A stretch of DNA of 44,346 nucleotides from an uncultured Dechloromonas sp. (GTDB lineage: Bacteria > Pseudomonadota > Gammaproteobacteria > Burkholderiales > Rhodocyclaceae), in NCBI GenBank assembly GCA_964507585.1, contig CAZDRS010000001.1:1-44346 (forward strand). The letters are read 5' to 3'. The notes below the pieces were generated by a model. That model was not told the origin of the DNA. It saw only the letters and a list, made by a program, of their open reading frames with translations, and made no database searches. This document shows positions 27,793 to 37,436 of this stretch, piece after piece. Both the position numbers and the translations under genes were made by a program. The first letter of the stretch is position 1, and each line of letters starts with the position of its first letter.

Positions 27793-29234
27793 GCCCGGCC
27801 CTTCAGGTACGCCCGCACGTCGCGTGCTGCCGTGACGCCCGACTCCAGCGCGCCATCGACGAAACCCCGCCAGCCTTCGGCCTGGTCTGAGCCGGCCATG
27901 AACACCCCGCTTTCGGCCCGGCGCAATTCCGGCAGGCCGCCGGTCAGCTGTCCGGGGCGATACCAGCACCAGGTGCCGTGCGAATACGGATCGACATCCC
28001 ACTGGTAGCCGGTCACGCCCAGCACTTCGGCCTTCGGCAACAGGGTGCGCAGCGCTGCTTGCACCGCCTCTTCGTCGGTGATGTCGAGCAATCCCGGCGG
28101 CCCGAAGCAGACCAGCAAGGTGCCGTCGTCGCGCTGCTGCTCGGTCCACGTCAGCGTGATCGGGCTGGGGTAAGGCGCCATGCCCATCCAGTTGCCGACC
28201 TTCTGCTTGATGTGGATGTAGCACTTGGTGCCGCGCCCGGTGTGGCCGGCCTCGGCCATCTTCTGCTTGCCGGCGCTCAGTTCCGGCGTCATCCGAATGC
28301 TCTTCAGCACATTCAGCGGCACGGCCATGACGACGACACGGGCACGATAGGTAGCGCCCTTGGCGGTGGTCACCTGATGCTCTTCTTCACGCCGGGTCAC
28401 CGCGGCCACCGGCTCGGACAGCGCCACGTCGCAACCGCAATCGGCCAGCATCCGGGCTGCCAGTTCGCCCATGCCTTCGCGTATCTTGTAGCGGCCCAGC
28501 TTGTCGAACATGCGGCCCATGTCGAAATCGCCGAGCGACCACCAGCGCAGCATGTCGGCAAACCCGGCCAGCCCCAGTTCGTTATGGCAGTTGATGCTGA
28601 GCTGCGGACTGAGCAGATCGCGCGTTTCGCGATTCAGGTGCAGCGCATCGAGCCGTTCCTGCAGGGACAGCGCATCCCAGCGCGCCAGGGCTTCCTTGCG
28701 GAACAACGGGTCGTGCGCCAGCGGCAGCACGTCGCGCCCGCCCTGCCCGTCCACGTTGCAGAAGCGCTCCATCGCCCTGGCGATCTTTTCCCACACCGGC
28801 CCGGCCTTGCCGTGGTGCAGCTTGCCGCCGCTGATCCACGACACCGTCTCGGCCGCCGCCCCCGGGCTTTCCTCGATACCCAGGCCGTAGCGCGTGATTT
28901 CGTTCCACACGTAGGGCTGGCTCCAGTGGATCCAGGTGCCGCCCAGCTCGATCTTCTTGCCCTGGTAGGCCGACGTGAATGTCCGCCCGCCGATGCGGTT
29001 GCGCGCTTCGAGCAACAAGACCGACAGACCGCTTTTCGCCAGATCGCGGCTCGCCGCCAAACCGGCAAACCCGGCGCCGATGACGATCACGTCATAAGCA
29101 TCGCGCCCCGGTTTTCGAACCACCGGCTCGCTCGCCGCACCGGCCACCCCGGGCACGCCGGCCAGACCGACGCTGCCGGCCAAGCCGCCGAGAAAGCGGC
29201 GCCTGCCTTGGCCTTTGGCTTCCATTCCGTCCAT
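27789..29234 (-). CDS. Tat-exported flavin amine oxidoreductase (MAO/NicA2/Pnao family)
   Basis: GRRRFLGG Tat motif, VIGAGFAG, LEARNRIGGR, ELGGTW and GFVDGALESG. Start MDGME with a GAGGAG RBS. Confidence 0.92.
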   Translation of the reverse strand: MDGMEAKGQGRRRFLGGLAGSVGLAGVPGVAGAASEPVVRKPGRDAYDVIVIGAGFAGLAASRDLAKSGLSVLLLEARNRIGGRTFTSAYQGKKIELGGTWIHWSQPYVWNEITRYGLGIEESPGAAAETVSWISGGKLHHGKAGPVWEKIARAMERFCNVDGQGGRDVLPLAHDPLFRKEALARWDALSLQERLDALHLNRETRDLLSPQLSINCHNELGLAGFADMLRWWSLGDFDMGRMFDKLGRYKIREGMGELAARMLADCGCDVALSEPVAAVTRREEEHQVTTAKGATYRARVVVMAVPLNVLKSIRMTPELSAGKQKMAEAGHTGRGTKCYIHIKQKVGNWMGMAPYPSPITLTWTEQQRDDGTLLVCFGPPGLLDITDEEAVQAALRTLLPKAEVLGVTGYQWDVDPYSHGTWCWYRPGQLTGGLPELRRAESGVFMAGSDQAEGWRGFVDGALESGVTAARDVRAYLKGRA

Positions 29235-29284
29235 ACCACTCTCCTCTGCCAAATCGAATTTCACCAATATGAAATCGATTGAAT

Positions 29285-29330
29285 AACTAACCTGTTAACG
29301 AATACTAGGTCGCACGACCTATTTCGTCAA
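29285..29330 (-). promoter_or_regulatory. Sigma70 promoter of the amine oxidoreductase with a TetR-type palindrome and an HpaR-like box
   Basis: Minus strand TTGACG-17 bp-TAGTAT. Perfect inverted repeat TAGGTCG-CA-CGACCTA at 29306-29321. AACTAACCTGTTAACG at 29285-29300. Confidence 0.75.
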
Positions 29331-29378
29331 CGGGGTTTAGTGAGAAAATTTGTCTATCGACCTATTTTTTATATCGCC

Positions 29379-30005
29379 ATGAAAAACGCGCCGCCACGCA
29401 CCACTGTCCGCACCGAAGCCAAAACCGCCAAGGGACGGGCCAAGGTTCAGGAAATTCTCGATGTCGCGCGACGCCTGTTCATCGAAGGCGGCTACGCTGA
29501 AATGACCATGCGGCAGGTAGCCGAGCAGACGGGAATTTCGCTGTCCAACGTCCAGCACTATTTCCCGACGCGCGAAAGCCTGTTGCAGGCCCTGCTCGAA
29601 TCGGTGATGGAAAGCTACGAACCGACTTATCGGCATATCGAGACGCTGGACATTGCACCGCGCGACAAGCTGGAAGCAGCCATCCGCTATCTGCTGGCCG
29701 ATACGAAGAAAGCGGAATCGGAAAAGCTGTTCGTCGAAATCTGGTCGCTTGCCACCCGCGATCCGATCGGCCGCGAGATATTCGACCGGATGTACAGCCG
29801 CCACCGCGCCAACCTGGCCCGGCTGATCGCCGCCGCCAACCCGGAGCTGGCCGAGCGGGAGGTTCAGCTACGGGCCGCACTGATCGCGATGCAGATCGAA
29901 GGCCTGATGCTGCTCATCTCCGAAAACAAGCCCCGGCATGCTGAGCTGGAAGGCATTGAGGACGCCTGTGTGCAAGCCGCGCTAACCCTCGCACTAGCCA
30001 CCTGA
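29379..30005 (+). CDS. TetR/AcrR-family regulator
   Basis: ILDVARRLF...GYAEMTMRQVA...SNVQHYFPTRESL HTH; divergent from the amine oxidoreductase. Confidence 0.92.
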   Translation: MKNAPPRTTVRTEAKTAKGRAKVQEILDVARRLFIEGGYAEMTMRQVAEQTGISLSNVQHYFPTRESLLQALLESVMESYEPTYRHIETLDIAPRDKLEAAIRYLLADTKKAESEKLFVEIWSLATRDPIGREIFDRMYSRHRANLARLIAAANPELAEREVQLRAALIAMQIEGLMLLISENKPRHAELEGIEDACVQAALTLALAT

Positions 30006-30063
30006 CACGATTCGGCCGGCGCTTCCGCCGCCGAGCTTCACGGCACGCTGCACCACACTCGAG

Positions 30064-30102
30064 AACAAACGCGAATGCGATAGTTTCTCATTTGCGTTTG
30101 TT
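30064..30102 (+). promoter_or_regulatory. Fur-box-like inverted repeat upstream of the TonB receptor
   Basis: AATGCGATAGTTTCTCATT core (30074-30092) inside a longer AACAAACGC...GCGTTTGTT inverted repeat. Confidence 0.65.
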
Positions 30103-30194
30103 TGAGATAAAATGAGCAGCTACTTTCCTCATCGCTAGCCAGCCAATTACGACGGTAACCAGCCAGCCAAGCTCTATTTCCCGGAGTAATCGCA

Positions 30195-32390
30195 GTGACA
30201 AGCTTGGTTGGTGAAATGCCGCGCCCCCGCGTGACGGCCATCGCGGCAGCGCTTATGGTGTTGCCTTCTTTCGGCGCTTCGGCCCAATCCCAGGAAACGA
30301 CGCTTTCGGCCGTCACCGTCAGTGCCAGCGCCGACGCCTCGGCCGGCGGCTTGATGCAGCCCTATGCCGGCGGCCAGGTGGCGCGCGGCGGGCGGGTCGG
30401 CATCCTGGGCAACAAGGACATCATGGATACGCCGTTTTCGTCCAACGCCTACACCAGCGAGCTGATCCAGGGCAGCCAGGCGAAAAGCGTCGGCGATGTC
30501 TTGCAGAACGATCCGTCGGTGCGGGTGGCACGCGGTTTCGGCAATTTCCAGGAGTCGTATTTCATCCGCGGCTACATCCTGAATTCGGACAGCGTCGCCT
30601 ACAACGGCCTCTACGGCCTGCTGCCCCGCCAGTACATCGCGGCCGAGCTGTTCGAGCGCGTCGAGGTGCTGCGCGGCGCCTCCGCCTTCCTGAACGGAGC
30701 CAGCCCGAACGGCGACGGGATCGGCGGCACCATTTCGCTGCTGCCGAAACGCGCCCCCAACGAAGCGCTGAACCGCGTCACGGCCGGCTGGAGCAGCGGC
30801 GACCAGGCACTGCTGGCGGCCGACTTCGCCCGCCGCTTCGGGCCGGACGACAGCACCGGCATACGCATCAACGCCGCCCGCCGCGAGGGCGGCACCGGCA
30901 TCGACCGCGAACATGCCGAACTCGGCCTGTTCTCGCTGGGCCTTGACTGGCGCGGCGAAAAAGCCCGCCTGTCGGCCGACATCGCCTACCAGGACAACAA
31001 GCTGCGCGAAACGCGCACCAACGTCACGCTGAACAGCGCCCTGCGCTCCGTGCCGACCGCCCCTAGGAGCGACAGCAACTGGGCCCAGCCGTGGACCTAC
31101 TCCAACGAGCGCGACGTCTTCGGCACCCTGCGCGGGGAATACGATTTCACCGACAGCGTCACCGGCTGGTTTGCCGGCGGCTTCCGGGAAAGCGCCGAAG
31201 GCAATTCGCTGGCCAACCTGACGGTGAACAATGCCGCCACCGGTGCCGGCACCGTCTATCGCTTCGACAACACCCGCGAGGATTCGGTCAGGACGGGCGA
31301 AGTCGGCCTGCGCGGCAAGTTCGCCACCGGCCCGGTCGGCCACGAATGGGTGGCGACGGCCAGCTATTTCGACCTGGCCAAGAAGAACGCCTACGCCATG
31401 GATTTCAGTCATACCCTGGCGACCAACCTGTACAACCCGGTTGCCTGGAGCGCCCCCGACATCGCCCTGGCGGCATTCAAGGGCAACAACCTGTCCGACC
31501 CGGGCCTGACCGGCACGACCCGGCTGACCAGCCAGGCAATCGGCGACACCCTGTCCTTCCTCGACCAGCGCCTCCAGCTCACGCTCGGCGCTCGCCACCA
31601 GAAGCTCGATGTCGTCAGCCTGGCCTACAACACCGGGGCGGTAAGCAGCGCCTACAACCAGAGCCGAACCAGCCCGGTGGTCGGCCTGGTGGCCAAGCCG
31701 CTCAAGGAAGTCGCCGTCTACGCCAACTATATCGAGGGCCTGGCCCAGGGCGGCACGGCGCCGAGCACCGCGGCCAACCGTGGCGAGATGCTGGCCCCCT
31801 ACGTCTCGAAGCAGAAGGAAACCGGGGTCAAGTTCGACTTCGGCAACCTCGGCCTGACGACGGCCTACTTCACGACGGAAATGCCGCGCGGCGTGACCAA
31901 TACGGCGAACGTCTATACCGCCGAGGGCAGCGAAGAACGCCAGGGCATCGAACTGATGGCCTATGGCATGCCGCTCAAGGGCCTGCGCCTCCTCGGCGGC
32001 GCCACCTTCCTCGATGCCATCCAGCGCAACACCGGCAACGCAGAAACCGAAGGCAAGCGCACCATCGGCGTGCCCGCCAAGCAGGCCAACATCGGCGTCG
32101 AATGGTCGATCCCCGGCCTCAACGGACTGTCCGTCGACGCCCGAGTCGTCGCCACCGGCTCGGTCTACGCCAACGCGGCCAATACGCTGAAGGTGCCGGG
32201 CTGGACTCGCCTCGATGTCGGCGCCCGCTACCTGGTCGATATCGGCGGCCGGCTGGTCACCTTGCGCGGCCGCATCGACAACGTCGCCAACCGCGCCTAC
32301 TGGGCGTCCAGCGGCGGTTATCCGGACAACGGCTACCTCGTGCTCGGCGCCCCGCGCACCGTCACGCTCAGCGCCTCGGTCGACCTGTGA
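30195..32390 (+). CDS. TonB-dependent siderophore receptor (FcuA-like)
   Basis: Signal peptide, TonB-box-like AVTVSA, plug DTPFS...ERVEVLRG and C-terminal NVANRAYW...GAPRT. Exact start uncertain. Confidence 0.92.
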   Translation: MTSLVGEMPRPRVTAIAAALMVLPSFGASAQSQETTLSAVTVSASADASAGGLMQPYAGGQVARGGRVGILGNKDIMDTPFSSNAYTSELIQGSQAKSVGDVLQNDPSVRVARGFGNFQESYFIRGYILNSDSVAYNGLYGLLPRQYIAAELFERVEVLRGASAFLNGASPNGDGIGGTISLLPKRAPNEALNRVTAGWSSGDQALLAADFARRFGPDDSTGIRINAARREGGTGIDREHAELGLFSLGLDWRGEKARLSADIAYQDNKLRETRTNVTLNSALRSVPTAPRSDSNWAQPWTYSNERDVFGTLRGEYDFTDSVTGWFAGGFRESAEGNSLANLTVNNAATGAGTVYRFDNTREDSVRTGEVGLRGKFATGPVGHEWVATASYFDLAKKNAYAMDFSHTLATNLYNPVAWSAPDIALAAFKGNNLSDPGLTGTTRLTSQAIGDTLSFLDQRLQLTLGARHQKLDVVSLAYNTGAVSSAYNQSRTSPVVGLVAKPLKEVAVYANYIEGLAQGGTAPSTAANRGEMLAPYVSKQKETGVKFDFGNLGLTTAYFTTEMPRGVTNTANVYTAEGSEERQGIELMAYGMPLKGLRLLGGATFLDAIQRNTGNAETEGKRTIGVPAKQANIGVEWSIPGLNGLSVDARVVATGSVYANAANTLKVPGWTRLDVGARYLVDIGGRLVTLRGRIDNVANRAYWASSGGYPDNGYLVLGAPRTVTLSASVDL

Positions 32391-33694
32391 GCCTCTCGCC
32401 CGCCCGTCGCCCCGGCTTCTGGCGCCGCGCCTGGCTGGTATTCCACCGCTGGGCCGGCCTGATCGCTGCCCCCTTCCTGCTCCTCACCGGGCTGACCGGG
32501 GCAGTGATTTCCTGGGATCACGAGCTGGACGAACTGCTCAATCCGCATCTGACGCAGGTTTCCAGCCGGGGCGAAGCGCTGCCCAGCCTCGAACTGGCCG
32601 GCCGGATCGAAGCCCGCCACCCGGACATCCGCGTCACCTTCATTCCCCTCCACGCCGAGGCCGGGGAGTCGCTGGCCTTCGGCGTCCAGCCGCGCGTCAA
32701 TGCGCAGACCGGCAAGCTGTACGAGCCCGGCTTCAACCAGGTCTTCGTCGACCCGGTCAGCGGCGAGGAACTGGGCAAGCGCGAATGGGGCGCCGTCTGG
32801 CCGATCACCACGGAAAACGTCGTTTCCTTCCTGTACAAGCTGCATTTCAGCCTGCACCTGCCGGAAATGGGCGGCACCGACCGCTGGGGCATCTGGCTGC
32901 TCGGCATCGTCGCCATGCTGTGGACGGTGGACTGCTTCGTTTCCGCGCTGCTTACCCTGCCTGCCCCGAAGCGTGGCACGAACGACCAAGCGGCCGCCGC
33001 CCCCAAAGGCTTCATGCAACGCTGGGCGCCCGCCTGGCGCATCCGCCGCCAGGCCGGCACCTACAAGCTCAACTACGACCTGCACCGCGCTTTCGGGCTG
33101 TGGACCTGGCTGTTGCTGCTGATCATCGCCTTCACCGCTTTTTCGCTGAACCTGCGGCGCGAAGTGTTCATGCCGGCGCTGCAGACCTTCTCGCAAGTGA
33201 CGCCGACACCGTTCGACACGCGCCGCCCGCAGCCGAAACACCAGCCGGTGGCGCCCGGCGTCGACTTCCCCGAGATCATCGCCAAGGCGACGGCCGAGGC
33301 AAAGCGGCGCGGATGGACGGAGCCGGTCGGCAGCGTGTTCTACGCCCAGCATTTTGGCATCTACGGCGTGCAGTTCTTCGTGCCGGAAGCCGATCATGGC
33401 GCAGGCGGCGCCGGCCATCGGCGACTGTTCCTGGACGGCACGGATGGCCGCCTGCTCGGCGAAAAGCAGCCGTGGCAAGGGTCGGCGGCCGACATCTTCG
33501 TCCAGGCCCAGTTTCCGCTGCACTCCGGGCGAATCCTCGGCCTGCCCGGCCGCATCCTGATTTCGCTGATGGGCCTGGTCGTTGCCATGCTGTCGGCAAC
33601 CGGCATTTATCTCTGGTGGAAAAAACGCCCCGGCCGGGCTCGCTCGCGGGTTCGGCAAGGCGACGCGCAGGATCTGCACGCCGAAACCAGCTGA
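32387..33694 (+). CDS. PepSY-associated TM helix protein (iron-regulated membrane protein)
   Basis: HRWAGL, LHFSL, DLHRAFG and PLHSG histidine motifs. GTG start overlaps the receptor stop. Confidence 0.88.
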   Translation: MSLSPARRPGFWRRAWLVFHRWAGLIAAPFLLLTGLTGAVISWDHELDELLNPHLTQVSSRGEALPSLELAGRIEARHPDIRVTFIPLHAEAGESLAFGVQPRVNAQTGKLYEPGFNQVFVDPVSGEELGKREWGAVWPITTENVVSFLYKLHFSLHLPEMGGTDRWGIWLLGIVAMLWTVDCFVSALLTLPAPKRGTNDQAAAAPKGFMQRWAPAWRIRRQAGTYKLNYDLHRAFGLWTWLLLLIIAFTAFSLNLRREVFMPALQTFSQVTPTPFDTRRPQPKHQPVAPGVDFPEIIAKATAEAKRRGWTEPVGSVFYAQHFGIYGVQFFVPEADHGAGGAGHRRLFLDGTDGRLLGEKQPWQGSAADIFVQAQFPLHSGRILGLPGRILISLMGLVVAMLSATGIYLWWKKRPGRARSRVRQGDAQDLHAETS

Positions 33695-33710
33695 GCGCAA
33701 TAGAAGACCG

Positions 33711-35330
33711 CTACGCCAGGCGATAGCAATCGACAATTTGCTGCGTCTGCCGCGCCAGTTGTTCCAATTGCACGGCAGATGCCGAGGCGGCCTCCGCCAC
33801 GCGATCGTTTTCCTGCGACATGAGGGCGATTTGCTCGATCCGCACGGCGATGGCCGCGCTCGACCGTCCCTGCTCCTGCAGCGCGGCGTCGATGTCGGCA
33901 ACCATCCCGGTGATCTGCGCATTGCCGTGGCCGATGCGCTCGATCGCAAGGTTGGCGTTCCCGGCCCGCTCCACACCCGCCTCGACCTGGCGCACCGCGC
34001 TTTGCATCGCATCTGCCGTCGCCCGCGTATTGCCGGCCATCACATCGATGGTCGCGTTGATATCCCGGGTCGATAGCGCCGTGCGCTCGGCCAGTTTCCT
34101 GACCTCGTCGGCCACCACCGCGAAACCCCGCCCCTGCTCGCCGGCACGCGCCGCCTCGATGGCCGCATTGAGCGCCAGCAGGTTGGTCTGCTCGGCAACG
34201 TCCTTGATCACGCCAACGACCAGGGAAATTTCGTGGCTCTGTCGTTCGAGTTGGTCGATCATCCCGGCGGCATTGCGCACGGTACTTGCAATGTTCCGGA
34301 TGTCCTGCACCGTCTCCGCGATCGCCAGGCGGCCGGCGCCGGCCACCGAACAGGATTCCTGCGACAACTGCCTGGCCTGACCGAGCTGACCGGCGACCTG
34401 GCCGATGCTCTCGGCCATCTGCTGAATATTGGCGGCGATATCGGAAGCTGCATCGCTTTGCTTGGCCGATGCGTCGGCCAGCTGCCCGGCATGCCTGGAC
34501 AGGTCATCCGCAGCATCGACCACTTCCCCGGCCTGGGAAGCAATCGTCTTCAGGCTGTGCTGAGTCCTGCCAGTCAGCGTATTCAGATCGCCGGCCAGCC
34601 GGCTGAGTTCATCCTTGCCCGACAGCGCGATACGCGTGGTGAAATCGAGGTCGTTGGTGATCCGTGTCGTGGCCGAGTGAAAAGCGTGCAGACTGGCATT
34701 GATCTTCCGGATCAGCGGCAACACGACGAGCAGCAAAATAAACAGCGCGCCAAAGGTTGCCACGCCCGCCCCGCGGATCGCCTGCCCGGCGTTGCCCAGC
34801 GCCTCTTCGCCATACTCGGCCGACAGGCGGTAATTGAGCTGCAGGTGCTCGCCTATGACCTGCCTTGCCGCATCGCTGCTGGCAGCGCCCTGGCTGGCAA
34901 AACGGGCGCGTGCGGCCGGCTTGTCCTGGCGGGAGAGCGTGAAAATCTCCCGCGCCGCGGCATGCAGTTCAGCCATCGCTTTACGGTCGGCCAGCCAGTG
35001 CTGGCGATCCGTATCCGAAGCCGGATCAAGGTAGTTCTCGTACTGCGAGAGGGCCGCCTCGACCTTCCGGTTCGCCTGCTCGGCGAGCGCTTCCAGCTGC
35101 TCCTGCTTGGCCGGATCGGACTCGACGATATGCTGCAACAGCGCGATGTGGATGGTGGCCAACGCCTGCTGGCTGTCGGTCAGCAGGCGAATGCTCGGCA
35201 CGGCAAGGTTGATGATCGACCCCAGCTTATCCCCCAGCTCGCGCGCCGCGAGATAGCCGCCCCCGCCGACGACAAGCAGGGAAAGGACGGAAAGCGCCGT
35301 GATCGTCCACAGACGGAATTTGACAGTCAT
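33711..35330 (-). CDS. Methyl-accepting chemotaxis protein
   Basis: Two TMs around a periplasmic helical sensor, a HAMP domain, and [34 protein letters not shown]. Confidence 0.95.
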   Translation of the reverse strand: MTVKFRLWTITALSVLSLLVVGGGGYLAARELGDKLGSIINLAVPSIRLLTDSQQALATIHIALLQHIVESDPAKQEQLEALAEQANRKVEAALSQYENYLDPASDTDRQHWLADRKAMAELHAAAREIFTLSRQDKPAARARFASQGAASSDAARQVIGEHLQLNYRLSAEYGEEALGNAGQAIRGAGVATFGALFILLLVVLPLIRKINASLHAFHSATTRITNDLDFTTRIALSGKDELSRLAGDLNTLTGRTQHSLKTIASQAGEVVDAADDLSRHAGQLADASAKQSDAASDIAANIQQMAESIGQVAGQLGQARQLSQESCSVAGAGRLAIAETVQDIRNIASTVRNAAGMIDQLERQSHEISLVVGVIKDVAEQTNLLALNAAIEAARAGEQGRGFAVVADEVRKLAERTALSTRDINATIDVMAGNTRATADAMQSAVRQVEAGVERAGNANLAIERIGHGNAQITGMVADIDAALQEQGRSSAAIAVRIEQIALMSQENDRVAEAASASAVQLEQLARQTQQIVDCYRLA

Positions 35331-36433
35331 GCCTGCGCTGCCTCCTCGGTCGCTCCCGCCACGCCATCATGCGCACCTCGCGATGCCAGCGGCCAGAACT
35401 GGAAATAGCTGCCGACCACCACCATCAGCGGAAAGCTCACGGCGAGCATGGCCGAGGCCAGCCACAGTTCCAGCGGATAGACCGGCCCGCCTGAAGCGAG
35501 CGCAAAGCGGCTCAAGGCCATCGCTTCGTACAGCTTCAGCATGGCAACTGCCAGGCCGACGGCCGCACCGTTGAGAACCAGGCCGCGCCACGGTTGCGGC
35601 AGCTTGAGCGCCGGCACGCCTTCGAACATGACGAGCAGGATGAAATAGCCGAAATTGACGCTGACGCAGATGCGCACCATGAACAGCACCTGATCCATCC
35701 CCTGCCCGACGAACAGCATCCACAACCCGCCGGCCACTGCGACGATCAAGGCCAAGGCGAGCATGCCAAATAGCGGCTGCTTGCCCAGCGCCTGCACCTT
35801 GCCGGCCAGCACACTCACCGGCCAGAAATCGAACAGGATCAGCCCAAGCACCGGCACCAGCATGGCGATGGCGAAGACCAGCGGCACCCAGGCCATAAAC
35901 AGGCCGTGCGGATCGAGTTCGGGGCGGTAGAACGGGGCTTCGGCCAGGAAACCGAAGTCGAACAGGCAGCGGAACAGGCCGTAGGCCAGCGCATAGGCAG
36001 CCACGAGCAGTGCCGCGCCCATCAGGCCGGGATGGCGGATCGCCTGTGCAAACGGCCAGCATTGCAGCGGCACGACGAGAACCAGCGTCACCGCCACGGA
36101 GAAGATCAGGAACATGATCAGGAATGGCGTCGGTAAAGCCGTGCCGCCGCCGACCGTCTGCCAGGCCAGATAGGCGACAGCCACGCCAACTAGTACGTTG
36201 AGGGCCGTAAAGGCGATGCCGCGCAACGGTTGCGACAGATCGGCCAGCCGCTTCGGGTAGCTGGCCTGCCAGACCAGGCTGATGACGATCTGCGCCGGCA
36301 CCATGGCAACCAGGATGACCGTGCCCCAGCCGGTCAGCCATTCCGGACTGACCTGCAGGCAAAGGAAAAGCGAGGCGAAGACCGCCCCCGCCGTGGCGAT
36401 CACGCCACGGCGCAAGGATTGCAAAGCGTTCAT
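35327..36433 (-). CDS. Polytopic membrane protein of unknown function (possible amine transporter)
   Basis: About 10 hydrophobic segments with recurring WP and QPxxG motifs. Its stop overlaps the MCP start (ATGA). Confidence 0.8.
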   Translation of the reverse strand: MNALQSLRRGVIATAGAVFASLFLCLQVSPEWLTGWGTVILVAMVPAQIVISLVWQASYPKRLADLSQPLRGIAFTALNVLVGVAVAYLAWQTVGGGTALPTPFLIMFLIFSVAVTLVLVVPLQCWPFAQAIRHPGLMGAALLVAAYALAYGLFRCLFDFGFLAEAPFYRPELDPHGLFMAWVPLVFAIAMLVPVLGLILFDFWPVSVLAGKVQALGKQPLFGMLALALIVAVAGGLWMLFVGQGMDQVLFMVRICVSVNFGYFILLVMFEGVPALKLPQPWRGLVLNGAAVGLAVAMLKLYEAMALSRFALASGGPVYPLELWLASAMLAVSFPLMVVVGSYFQFWPLASRGAHDGVAGATEEAAQA

Positions 36434-36461
36434 GGGAATTCCGGTTGGGGGTTTATTTACT

Positions 36462-36525
36462 GTCGTTCCCGCGCAGGCGGGAACCCAGGAAAAAAGCGGT
36501 GGATTCCCGCCTGCGCGGGAATGAC
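36462..36525. repeat. dRS3/REP-like doublet, copy 6
   Basis: GTCGTTCCCGCGCAGGCGGGAACCCAG...TGGATTCCCGCCTGCGCGGGAATGAC. Confidence 0.9.
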
Positions 36526-36531
36526 GGTTAG

Positions 36532-36978
36532 CTAGCGGGCCGCGCCGAGCTGGATGGTTTCGAGCTGCTTGACCAGCCGTACCCGCATGCCGGGGATGTC
36601 CTGCGGCACACTCGCCCGGTAGGCCCGAACATCGTCGGCGGTGTAGGGCTTGAAATCGGCTGGAACGCTGCTCCGGCCGATATTCGCCATCACCCAGTTG
36701 AGCAGTTCGGCCGTTTCGCCATCGCCGAGCGGCGTATTGAGCGTGCCCGGCACCTGCGACAGGTAGGCCCGGCCATCCGGCACGCGCAGGAAATGCCCGA
36801 CCTCGTCGCGCATGCTGGGGATGCCGTTCTCGGGCGACCCGGTGCCATCCATCTGGTGGCAGCCCATGCAGTACAGGCGATAGTTCTTCTTGGCGGCATC
36901 CGCCGCAGCCTCGCCGGCCAACAGGGCCGACAGCCCAACCAGCAGCAGGCCGTAGCGAATCTTGGAGGACAGCACCAT
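36532..36978 (-). CDS. Monoheme cytochrome c lacking the usual distal-Met loop
   Basis: Signal peptide, CMGCH and GRAYLSQVPG. Start MVLSSK. Confidence 0.85.
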   Translation of the reverse strand: MVLSSKIRYGLLLVGLSALLAGEAAADAAKKNYRLYCMGCHQMDGTGSPENGIPSMRDEVGHFLRVPDGRAYLSQVPGTLNTPLGDGETAELLNWVMANIGRSSVPADFKPYTADDVRAYRASVPQDIPGMRVRLVKQLETIQLGAAR

Positions 36979-36989
36979 GGCAAACTCCC

Positions 36990-37436
36990 TTATTGCGATG
37001 CGGCGCGCCAGGCGCGCAGTTCCTTGGCGGTCGGCTTCTTGGCGCGGAAGGCGGCCAGGGCGTCGGCCTCGATCGGCTGGTGCCCGGCCGGCAGGTCGGC
37101 GCCGTTGAAGGTGGTCAGCACGTGGTTGAGCACGGCGGCCAGTTCGGCATCCGACAACTGCTGCCAGGCCGGCATGATGCCCTCGTAGACGACGCCCTTC
37201 GATTCCAGCTTGCCGGCCAGGCCGGCGATGACGATGCCGGCCAGGTACTGCCGGCCTTCCGGCACCGCCATCCGCTTGCCCAACGTACCGGCCAGCGGCG
37301 GCGCCAGGCCGAGCGCGCCAGCGCCGTCCGGTTGGTGGCAGGCGGCGCAGTTGGCGTCGTAGACCGCCTTGCCGTCCTGGGCGCCGGCGACACCGGCGGC
37401 CAGCGCCAGGATCAGGCTGCAAATCAAACGCTTCAC
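36990..37436 (-). CDS. Monoheme cytochrome c (His/Met)
   Basis: Signal peptide, CAACHQ, PPLAG and YEGIMPAW. GTG start overlaps the aauA stop. Confidence 0.88.
   Translation of the reverse strand: MKRLICSLILALAAGVAGAQDGKAVYDANCAACHQPDGAGALGLAPPLAGTLGKRMAVPEGRQYLAGIVIAGLAGKLESKGVVYEGIMPAWQQLSDAELAAVLNHVLTTFNGADLPAGHQPIEADALAAFRAKKPTAKELRAWRAASQ

Noticed and set aside
27424-29234. Nicotine degradation cluster
   Set aside because: Only the enzyme family and cytochrome pairing match. No pyridine-ring genes (spm, hspB, 2,5-dihydroxypyridine dioxygenase) are present.
31091-32386. 867-aa ORF suggesting a long N-terminal extension on the PepSY protein
   Set aside because: The extension is an Arg/Pro-rich off-frame read of the TonB gene. 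The real start is the GTG at 32387.
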